From: Phaeosaccion multiseriatum
Lineage: Eukaryota > Protista > Ochrophyta, other classes
Assembly: GCA_965112735.1 (NCBI GenBank)
Contig: OZ218951.1
Span: 1,736,001-1,800,000, forward strand
DNA: 64,000 nucleotides
Reading direction: 5' to 3'
The translations under genes were made by a program, and so were the position numbers. The number at the start of each line of letters is the position of its first letter. Positions within the stretch are counted from its first letter, which is position 1. Below the pieces are notes generated by a model that had not been told where the DNA came from, made no database searches, and saw nothing but the letters and a program-made list of their open reading frames with translations. This document shows, piece after piece, positions 53,997 through 64,000 of this stretch.

Positions 53997-54933
53997 GGAA
54001 GGAAGCGCTTTGTCGGTAGAGGTGTGGGACCAGCGAACGCTGTACGGTGTTTGGACCGCGCAGAGCAGTCATGTAGAGGCGAGAGAGGCCGAGCAGAGGA
54101 GGGGTGGGGGGGGGCAGCGAGGAAGAGCAGCGAGACGGTACCCCCTTGGCTGGTGGGGACTGAGTGATGCATGTTTGTGTTTCATGCCGCCATTGGATGG
54201 CGGGCAATGGGAGCACAAACGTCTGTGTAAGTTATTAAGGAGCTTTGAATAATGAGGTGGGAAAAATGTGTGGATATTGTGTAAAAATAAGTCTCCCCTA
54301 ATTGGAAGAAAAAAAAGATTCAGCCGTCACTAAAACTACCCACCCAGCTACCTACCTGCGTACCTAACCTGTCCCCCACCCTACCGCACCCCACCCCCTT
54401 CCCACTCACCCCCCCCCCCCCCCGTGCTACTGCCCCTTCCCACCCACACAAAAGAATGATTCACTTCCCCAAGAAGAAGCTTCAAGTCTCCTCCCACATG
54501 CCTTCAGCACCGGCACGTTTGTGATTATGCCCCTTGTTCTGCTGAAACTAGTGGGTGGGTGATGTATGCCGAGTCGAGTGAGTGGCCCGTTGGCTCTTCC
54601 CCGCCGCCCCCTTTTCTCTCTCTGTGTGTCTCTCTGTGTGTGTCTCTCTCTGTCACCTCCTTTCTCCCTTTATCGAGGCGCAGCGATCTGCTGCTGCCCC
54701 TTTCTGCTTTCATGTGGTGTTCAACACACACACATACATACACACACACGCAAGCACGCACCACCCACACAAGTGTTTCCTCTGTATCTACCAACCAGCC
54801 CACACTATCTCACAACTCCAATGTCTTTTCCCCCCACCGCCGCCTCCTCCTTCTCCTCCTCCTTCCTTCAACTTGATTTGACAACGACGGACTCGTTCAG
54901 TTGGCCTGGGCCTAAGCAATCAAGCACGCAAGC

Positions 54934-56124
54934 TTAAGAGACGATGCACCCCTCCCTCTTGGCCGCCTTCTGCGCAAAGTCCTTGACAACGGCAGACACG
55001 TCTCCTCCCGCCGCAATCTGCTTCATCATATCCTCCGCGAAGCGGGCCCGAGCCGTCAGCTTCTTGATGTCCTGGTCCTGCTGCAGTGCCTTCTTTTTGA
55101 GCACTCGCACCTCCATATCCTTCTCCTGCAGGGCCAGGCGCAGGCCCTTGATGCCGATGGCCTTCTGCACAAAGAGAGACTCGTTGGCGTCCAGGCGCTC
55201 CTCCGTGCGCTGCACGTGCTTGCGAATCTCCGCCAGGTTGCGCGGGATGCACTTGTACGATTCTTCCTCGAGAATCTTTTGGATACCCAGGCGCTCGTTC
55301 CTCTCACCAGGGGTGCGCCCCATGCCGTCCAGGGCCGTGGGGTCGGCACCGCTGGTGAGGAGCACGCTGATGATTTCCGCGTCGCCATTTCCGCAGGCGT
55401 AATGGAGGGGTGTGTCCTTGTCGTCGTCGTACAGACCGGGCCCGCAGCCTCCCTCGCACAGCACCCGCACAATCTCCAGGCGGGAGTGGAAGCACGCAAT
55501 GTGCAGGGGTGTCATGCCGTTCCTGCCCCGAATGTCGAGGTTGCCCTTGCTCTTGATGTATTGCTTCACCGTCTCGACGTCGTTCTTCTCCACGGCGGTG
55601 TGAATGTCCATGCCGAGCATCGCCTCTCGCTCCTTGGACGCCAGCAGCTTGCTAATCTCCTTGCGGGAGGCCAGCTTCCGGGGAGTGCGCCCGCGGTCAT
55701 CCAGAGCGCTCACGTCGGCGCCACGAAGGCAGAGCAACTCCACCACGGACACACGACCGTAGTAGGACGCCAAGTGCAGGGCGGTGTACATGTGCTCGTC
55801 CTTGGCCTTAATGTCGGCGTTGTTGTCCAGCAGGAAGGCCACCACGTCGCGGTGGCCCTTCTCTGCGGCAAGAAGCAGCGGGGTGGCCTGGTAATTGTCG
55901 CGCTTCTCAATGTCACAGCCCGCGTTGATGTAGCGACGCAGACGATCGAGCTTGCCCTCATACGCCGCCACGTGCGCGTTAATGTCCGAGACAGGCATGC
56001 TGGAGCTGCTTCCCTTGCTACCGCTCTTGGTCCGGCGGTGGCCCTTGCTGGAAGAGCTCTTGGACGACCGACGCTTCTCGCTCTTCTCCTTTCCAGGAGA
56101 GGCCTTCTCTGCCATTGCCGACAT
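54934..56124 (-). CDS. Intronless ankyrin-repeat protein with coiled coil and C-terminal CaaX box (CIVS)
   Basis: 396-aa ORF with canonical ankyrin repeats (ATPLLLAAEKGH, TALHLASYYG, MTPLHIACFH, DTPLHYACGNG), a heptad region, and the end REGCIVS*. Confidence 0.9.
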   Translation of the reverse strand: MSAMAEKASPGKEKSEKRRSSKSSSSKGHRRTKSGSKGSSSSMPVSDINAHVAAYEGKLDRLRRYINAGCDIEKRDNYQATPLLLAAEKGHRDVVAFLLDNNADIKAKDEHMYTALHLASYYGRVSVVELLCLRGADVSALDDRGRTPRKLASRKEISKLLASKEREAMLGMDIHTAVEKNDVETVKQYIKSKGNLDIRGRNGMTPLHIACFHSRLEIVRVLCEGGCGPGLYDDDKDTPLHYACGNGDAEIISVLLTSGADPTALDGMGRTPGERNERLGIQKILEEESYKCIPRNLAEIRKHVQRTEERLDANESLFVQKAIGIKGLRLALQEKDMEVRVLKKKALQQDQDIKKLTARARFAEDMMKQIAAGGDVSAVVKDFAQKAAKREGCIVS

Positions 56125-57932
56125 ACTTGATCTCTTCTCCTCTCACTGGCCTCTCTACTCGCGGAAACTCTGCTCTGCCGCCGGCGCTGCTGCTCCTTCC
56201 GCTAAAACGCCCACCGCTGGGGCGGCTGTTAAGGCTACCAGCCGCAGAGAACACCCCCAACGGGAGGTTAGGTGGGGAGGAGAGAACACGAAGGAACAAG
56301 TCCTCTCTCTCGCGGAAGGCTACACACACTCCCGCTGTCACGTAGCAAAGAAAGAGCTTGCGCAGGTGCTTCCTCTCCCTTACAGCAAGGTTGTCTGGGT
56401 CCTTCGCCGCAACGAGTTCTTTGTCTGTCTTGATGACAACGTGAATCCGGCGAAATGTCCCCCTGGGGATTAGGGCGTCCCTCTATTTGGTGCGTTGGTA
56501 CTCCACACCGCAACCCCCCACCGCCATTATCCGAGGAATAGAAGCGACCCCAAATAAACAAAAAGAAGGGATTCTTTGGGTTAAAGTATCCTCCTTCCCC
56601 TTTCTCTCTCTTAGGAAGAGGATGGGTAAATGGGGCTGGGAGGGGGATGCGACGGACATGACTTGACTCATCCACAAGGAGCATGCAGCAGTGGAGAACA
56701 AAGATGGAAGAGAGGAGGAAGAAGCGGATAACATCGAGGCCAAGCTGAGGGGAGGAGCAAGCTTCGCCGGTCCGGAGGTTCTACGGGGGGGGGTGGTGAT
56801 GCGACGGAGGTGACTTGACAGCCCCAACCAGGCCATAGCACTTGCAGAAACGGAGGATGGTGGGCACAAAGCTGCTTGGAGAGGAGCAAGCTTCCTCTCC
56901 ACATGGTGTTTTTGGGAACGCGATTGCTACGAGAGCTGCTCAAGCAAAGCGGAAGAAGTGGATATGCCTCAGCCGCCTTGCTCTCTGCGTGGCGGGTCGA
57001 CCGACCCCGGCCAGGACCCACCTTGGACAGGAGCTGCTTGGTGAGGCTCCTCTGCTAGTTCCCGAGAAGGAGCACCTTGCTGTCACTCAGAACCTCCGGA
57101 CTAGAGCTCAACGGACCTCAATGCGGTCATGATAGCTGCCTTGGTTCCTGCTATCAAGGAGGAGAGGAGGGGGGGGCGCTAGCAGCTCGGCACTAAAGGC
57201 CACACCATTACTTTTCAACCTTTCGACCTTACACATACCCTTCGGTGGGTCTCGGAGAGGGCAAGACCAAGGGAAACGGTGGATAGGTCAGCAGAGTACC
57301 AACCAAGGCTCTATGTAGATGAACTGGATGAAGAAAGGGTGATGGGCCCCTGACACGACTATCGCCGGGGCGTCATCCGACACGCTCTCGAGTTTGACGG
57401 GTACCTTACGCCTTCGCGCCGTGTGTACCGTACAGCCGCAGAAACACGGCCAGAAGTAGAGCATACGTCGCCGTCGCTTTGTGGGCTGGGGGGCACGCGC
57501 GTGGTATCCGCTATTGTCGGCGTGCACTCCGCTATTGTAGCAGCCCCCTGATACTTGGCGGATACCACATAACGCGCTATCGAAAGGAATGTATGCTGCA
57601 TGGAGGGAGCGTGTCACAAGGGTTGAAGACTCACGCAGGAGAGGGTAGTAAAATGAACGAAGTTTTGTGCTACTACTACTACAAGTACGTTATTTCTTTT
57701 GCTGAAGGGAGCGTGGCCAATCTTGGCGGCCCCTAGACGCGCGCACACATACACACACAAAGAGAGAGAGAGAGGGAGGGAGAGAGCTGTGGCGTGACTG
57801 CTCCATGGCTTCATCACTCTTCAGTCTGTATACTCTGTACCTCGTACAAGAGAGCTCCTCCCCCCGCTATATGCTCGATCTTTTCCTTGCGCTGACCCTT
57901 GGAGAGATACCCGCTCTAAAGTCGCGGCTCTC

Positions 57933-60665
57933 TCAGGCTATCATACTGTGCTGCTGTTGCTCCTGTATCACCAACTCCTCCTGCTCCTGCTGCTGCTGCT
58001 GGCGCAGGCGCTCCTCTTTCCGCAGCTGCCTCTCCTGTGCAAACGAGGAGAGCTTCTTCTCCGCTGTACGCAAGCTGTCAGGCCTCAGCTCAACCCCTGC
58101 CCCTCCTGCCCCTCCAACGTCACTGCCCTCCACCGCCTTCCTGTTCGGGCTATCGTGTGTAGCCCGCACGCGCCCCGAACGCTCCGGCCCGACCGCGCGC
58201 CCCCTGGTACTAGAGTCACTGGTAGAGCCATTGGTGGCACACGGAGGGGTTTGTGAGTCGGCTCGAGGGGAGAGTCTGAGGCCTGCTGGAGGGCTCTCAC
58301 TTCGACTGCTGATTCGTCCTGCCCCGCTGCGGGTGCATGTGCTCGTGTCGCTCTCGTCCTCCCATACCCTCAGTCCTCCACCTTTGCTCCTGCTACTCGC
58401 TGGCCCCCTCCTACTGCCCCTCCTTGATGCTACAGAAGAGGAGGAGCACATCGAGGAATCGGAATCAGAGCAACAAGAATGAGAGGGAGAGGAAGAATAA
58501 AAAGAAGAAGCAGAAGCTGCCGTGGAAGAGCGTGACAGCCGTGTCCATGCCCGGCGCAGCACCACCGGTCGCACCACCGACGGCCGTACCACCAACGGCC
58601 GCAGACTGTCCAGCCAGAGGTCCAAATCAGCCTCACTGGAGGCCTGAAAATGCCACACCTCCGCCTCCTCCCCCCCCCCAACCACCATTTCCATCTCCAA
58701 GTCCGCACGATTGACTGTCAGTGCGGTGCCGTGTGTGAGGACCAGGACCTGACAAGGGCTCAGCTCCATACCCGAGCGGCCCAAAAAGCCCGAGGGGGAG
58801 CCCAAGGGTGAGGCCGAGCCCCTGCCCCTGGGGTCGGAAGAAGGCCCACCACTACGAGTGGCACCTCCTCCTGCTCCTCTTCCTCGTCCTCTTGCTCCCC
58901 CTCCTCCTCCACTCTCTGTTTTGATGGACATACGTAGGAGAGGGCGAAGTAGGTCGCACCAGCACCTCTCCCATACCATACTCTTCTTCCTCTTGCCCTT
59001 GCCTTTCACCAATGCGGCAAGAGCAGCCACGGCGCCACCACCCGTACCGCTCTTTCCCTTGCCATTAAGAACGCTGCTAGTGCCATCCTCACCCCGCTGC
59101 AGTTGCCGCTGTTGCTTCTGTATCACCAACTGCTGCTGCTCTTGCCAGGAAAAAGTTGCCCGTCTCACAAGCAAGTACCCGCTTTGGTGGGAAGCTTGCC
59201 CTCTACGCTGTTGCTGTCGTCGTCGTTGTTGCTGTTCCTGTTGTTGTTGCCGTGGAGCAGACCTATCCGCGAGGGCGTCGCCGCCAGGTTCAGACGCAGC
59301 TCTAGTACCACTTCGTGTAGCGGCACTAGAGATGGACCTCGCATTAGTCGGGCAGCGAACCACGAAGCTCTCTTGGTGGTGGTGGTGCCTGCCTGCTGGA
59401 GTCGAGAACCCACTCATCAAGCCACTGAGGAGAAGCTCTTGCCGACACCGACCACTGGTACCACCCCCTCTCCTGTTGCACAACCAACTGCTGATGCTGT
59501 TCGCCTCGCCCTCATCCCGTCTCCTATCTTCGCCTTGCCCGTCACCGGGCTCCTTGCCTCGAACCCCCCCCCCTCCCCCCCCCACTCCTCCTCCTCCTCC
59601 TCCTCCTCCTCCTCCTCCTCCTCCTCCTCCTCCTCCTCCTCCTCCTCCTCCTCCTCCTCCTCCTCCTCCTCCTCCTCCTCCTCCTCCTCCTCCTCCTCCT
59701 CCTCCTCCTCCTCCTCCTCCTCCTCCTCCTCCTCCTCCTCCTCCTCCTCCTCCTCCTCCTCCTCCTCCTCCTCCTCCTCCTCCTCCTCCTCCTCCTCCTC
59801 CTCGCCCTCCTCCTCCCTCCACCATCGCAAGCCCGCTGCTCTGCGTGGCCTGCTCCATCTGCCTCGCTCTCTGAAGACACACTCCGTCCATGAGTCGCTG
59901 CAAGCTCTGCTGCCCTTCCTCCACCGCCCCAAGTACCACCTCTACCGCCTCCGGAGTCACCTGCCAAGGATCGATTGATGAGTGTTGAAGGTTTTTCGTG
60001 GGACATTTCGGTCACATCCCTCACTCACACACTCACTCACTCACTCACTCACTCACTCACTCACTCACTCACTCACTCACTCACTCACTCACTCACTCAC
60101 TCACTCACTCACTCACTCACTCACTCACTCACTCACTCACTCACTCACTCACTCACTCACTCACTCACTCACTCACTCACTCACTCACTCACTCACGCAC
60201 TCACTCACTCACGCACGCACTCACTCACTCACTCACTCACTCACTCACTCACGCACGCATTCACTCACTCACTCACTCACTCACTCACTCACTCACTCAC
60301 TCACTCACCCTCCCACCGACCGACACACCCACTCCCTCCCTCCCTCCCTCCCTCCCTCCCTCCCTCCCCCCCTCTCGCCTCTCTCTGGACGTGCCCACAT
60401 CCTTCAACTCACCTCACAGTGCACTGAGTGGTGAGAGCCCATTGCTGCCACGAGTTGCTCCCTGTTGGCACCAGACGTCACACGCCGACCGCCCCCCTGG
60501 GTCACGAGTCCGACGGCAGCCGCTGCCACTGCCCGCATCCCCCCGCCCACTGCAGCACGTAGGATCGAACCCGCGGCTGCTGTGTGGGTGGTCGCGTTAT
60601 CACCTCCACCTTGATACCTGTCATCTTCGTTGACTATCTTCCCATGACCGATCTGATGGGCGCAC

Positions 60666-60710
<45 letters not shown>

Positions 60711-61690
60711 CTACTGCTTCTGCTGCTCTTGAAACGATCAAGCGGCGAGGAGTGTGGTGAGGAGAGTGGTAGTGGTGATGGGCAGGGGGGAGAAGAAGGG
60801 GAAGAGGAGGGGGGTGCTGCCGCCGCTGCTGATGCTGATGCAGGAGAAGAAGGACGAGGAGGAGTAGGAGCAGGAGGAGGAACGACGACCTTGACCACGG
60901 CATCTACCCACAAAGACACCGGCTCCACAATGCCCGAGAGATACACAGACACCCTCAGCGGCAGCACCAGGCGACTCCCTTTCACGGAGGCCGACTGAAG
61001 CATAGGCTCAGTGCTCGAGGGGAGAGCACACACCACCACAAGCGCGCGCTCCTCAGGGCACACCCTCGATGACTTGATGAGGGCTAGCTGCCTCAACCGC
61101 TTCTGTATCATCAACTGCCGCTGCTGCTGCTGCTGCTGCTGCGGTTGCTGCTGCCGTTGCTTCTCCCCCTCCTCCCCCCCTCCCTTCCCCCAGTCCTCAA
61201 GCTCGTCCTGCTCATCCTCGTCTTCGTCTTCGTCTTCACCTTCGCACAGACTTCCCTTGCTGCACAGCTGGATAGGCCCCATGACCACCTCGCAGCAACT
61301 CTCCAGCGCCAGAGCGTTGTCGTCAACCTGTTGGATCCGAAGCACTACACGGTGTGCCTCGTCCACTTTCACGCGAAGAGGGTGGATTGGGGACGCCCTT
61401 GACCCGTGCAAGAAGTCCGCGGGTGGTGGCACCAGTGGTGGTGTTTGTCCCATCTCCCTCTTCCTCCTCCTCATCGTCGTCGTTGCTGTTGTAGTACCAA
61501 CTGGTATGGCTGCCGAGAAGGAGCTGCTACAGATGCTGGTTGCATCATCGTCGTCAAAGCCTCTATGGCCCCCAGCGCCCCCACCACCTCCATGCACCAC
61601 ACTGCCATCGTCCGCCCAGCAACAGCTCGACGAAAGCCCCAGCCCGCTGCCGCTCCTGCTGTTCCTCACGCCCAGGCTACCACTGCAGCC

Positions 61691-61721
<31 letters not shown>

Positions 61722-62607
61722 CTCGTACTGTCCATTTGACTGTTGCTCTTGTCCGAGCCAAGGCCTTTGTGATTGTCCACCGCTGTATGCGAAGTCAGCA
61801 TAGGCTTCGGAGTCGCTGCCGTTACATGAAATGCTCCGGCACCCTTTCCCCAGGGGCGTGATCTGGCCCTGTTGCTGCCCTGCGCCGGCACTCCTCCTCT
61901 TGCTCCTCCTCCTGCTCCTCCTGCTCCTCCTCCTGCTCCTCCTCCTCGTCCTCCTTCTCCACCTCCTACTCCCCCGTCTCCTCCTCCTCCTCGTCCTCCT
62001 TCTCCACCTCCTACTCCCCCGTCTCCTCCGCCTTCTCCTCCTCCCCTTCCCCCTCCTCCCGCTGCTGTCGATGCTCGCCCCCCCCGGCTTGCAGAGGTGT
62101 GATATCCTCTCTTCAAGACGCAAGGGCTGAAGGCAGACAGGCATCCTCCAAGGCCATTGGGCAGCCACCCTCCACCGTCGCCCCTCCGGAGGTGCCGTAC
62201 TTGCTGCTCCTCCTCGACTCGGAAACCCTCACTCTCCTCCTCGTGCTGTTCCTCATCCTGCTTCTGATCCTGTATCACCAATGGCTGCTGCTCTTTCCTC
62301 TCCCATACGTCGACCGTCGCGAAGAGGCAAAAAGGCCGTCCTTCTGCCCCAGGAGCGAGAGAAGCAGCGGCAGCAGCAGCAGTTGGTGATACAGTAGGCA
62401 TCGTTGCCACAGCGGCTCGTACCGCTCGACGAGCCCCCGCAGTGGCGCCATCCTTCTCCCCCCCTCTTGTGCTGATGCCACATGATTGTAAGAGGAGGTT
62501 TTGCTCGCCACCGTGGTTCGTCGGAGGACTCCACGTGCCCCGACTAAAGGCAAAGGCAAGCTCACGAGGCAAAGGGAGGTCAACGCCTCCTCTCCCTCCT
62601 CCTCCTC

Positions 62608-62657
<50 letters not shown>

Positions 62658-64000
62658 ACTGCAGCAGCTTCTGCTCCTAGAATCGCTGCTGGCGACGACC
62701 AGCTGCTCTTTCTGGTCGGACCTGCGAGGAGGGCTGGAGAGTCAAGCAGTCGCTGGAACAGAAGCTCCTCTTGTTCGTCCTCTTGCCTTCTCCTTTGTGG
62801 CCCATCGCCCCCCTTCCAGCTGCGGCAGGCGCTGTGCCCCTGACCTATGCAACGTTCCCCCTCTCGTTGTTGCCCGACCGCTACAGCCGCCGTCTTGCTG
62901 CCTCGCTCCTCACAACCCCATCGTGTCGTTCTCTCCTGCCCTCCCCTCGCATCTCTTATCCTCTCCTCCTCCTGTTGCTGCTTGTGCTGTATCACCAACT
63001 GCTGCTGCGGCGGCGGCGGCGGCTGCTGTATCACCAACTGCTGCTCTCTCCCCATCCATAGCTCGAAGCGCACAGCGTTGGTGTGCAAGCACAGGAGCAG
63101 ATCGTGGGACAACACCCATCCCATGTCGAATCGCAGCTCGGAGCCGCTCACGCAAGAGAGATCCCAATAGAGCCCCTCCCCTCCATCTTCCCCCTCTCCC
63201 TCCTCCTCGGCATCCCCCCCCCCCTCTCCCTCCTCCTCCTCCTCCTCCTCCTCCTCCTCTCCCTGCCCCTCTTCGCCCCCCCCCTCCTCCCGCTGCTGCT
63301 GCCTTTGCTTCTGCTGCTCCGGGCCGAGTCGTGTTGCTGCCTTCGCCACCGTCGGACTCAAGTCACTAAGGTCCAACCCTCCGTCACCATGGCCCAGGAA
63401 GAAAGCGTAACGCAGCGACAACGCTGATGGCCAAAGGTGATGACCTCTTTGATCTCCCTGTCGGAGAGACTCCCTTTGCTTGTTTTCTCCTCCTCCTCCT
63501 CCTCCTCCTGCTCCTCCTCCTCCTCCTTCTCCTCCTCCTTCTCCTCCTCCACCACCACCACTACCACCGCCACTACCACCGCCACTTCCTCGCTCAGCAT
63601 CTTGCTGGTCGCCCTCGACATCTGCTGCCGTGTCACCAACTGCGGGCCATGGTGCTCCAGAAAGAAGACTGTGGCCAGCGTGAGCTTGAGCATCGTCGTC
63701 GCTGCCTTGCTGCTCAGGAAAGAGGGTGAGGCGCTTCAACTTCACCACAAGCGTCAGACGCTGCTTGTCCGCACTGCTGCCCCCTCTTGTACTCCTACTG
63801 CGACTACAAATGCTGCTGCGGCTGCTGCTGCTGCTGTCGCTGACGATGCTGAAGCGAGCCAAGATTTCGCCCACAACGCCGCCCCCCTCTGGACTCAGTA
63901 GCACCACCCTATGCTCGTCGAGCCTCCCCTTCCCCCTGACGAAGGCTTTGAGATACGCGGCCCCCTCCCCGAGCCTACGGCCACAGCCCAATACATTTCT
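57933..64000 (-). CDS. Very large low-complexity protein with C-terminal PH domain, possibly a kinesin-3-like tail (5' end outside window)
   Basis: ORFs 60404-63991 and 57933-59960 are joined by intron 59961-60412 (HCE|VTPEA). PH-like motifs: SGYLLV...WERCWCDL...WHFQASSEADLDLWLDSLR. Kinesin-3 affinity is a weak inference from upstream beta-strand segments plus the terminal PH domain. Confidence 0.55.
59587..59802 (-). repeat. (GGA)n of about 72 units, encoding poly-Gly within an exon
   Basis: Uninterrupted (CCT)n on the + strand inside ORF 57933-59960. Confidence 0.9.
60021..60308. repeat. (TCAC)n microsatellite filling an intron
   Basis: Directly visible. Confidence 0.95.

Noticed and set aside
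55216-56130. 304-aa + strand ORF
   Set aside because: Antisense shadow of the GC3-rich ankyrin gene.
56480-57800. Several 60-140 aa ORFs in unique intergenic sequence
   Set aside because: No recognisable motifs or consistent splice structure; they could be a TE relic or UTR.
59975-60633. His-rich (THSL)n ORFs, and similar ORFs from (GA)n, (CA)n, (GGAA)n and (ATTC)n elsewhere
   Set aside because: Translations of intronic microsatellites.

Overview
Eukaryotic nuclear DNA: GC-rich, intron-rich (GT-AG), and saturated with microsatellites. It is most likely from an ochrophyte (stramenopile) alga, judged from a trigger factor carrying a bipartite A|FVP plastid-targeting presequence. About 11 host genes can be reconstructed by eye: a large EF-hand-like protein (runs off the left end), an intronless virus-type ankyrin protein, a PINK1-like kinase with a CUE-like domain, a GRAM-domain protein, a USE1-type SNARE with a long post-TM tail ending NDEL, argininosuccinate lyase (11 exons), a ZCCHC9-like zinc-knuckle protein, plastid trigger factor, an LRR+FAM194-like protein, an ankyrin-CaaX protein, and a large PH-domain protein (runs off the right end). 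A ~9.8 kb KDZ (Kyakuja-Dileera-Zisupton)-type DNA transposon with ~157-bp TIRs, a transposase-Ulp1 gene and a convergent second gene sits inside the very short divergent promoter between ASL and the ZCCHC9-like gene. The strongest unexplained signal is a dispersed 15-mer, CAG-TTGGTGATA-CAG. It has 11 exact and about 10 near-exact copies, usually in CAG/CTG tracts of low-complexity exons, on both strands and read in four different frames. I saw no tRNA, rRNA or CRISPR array. All domain calls come from motif recognition, not database searches.
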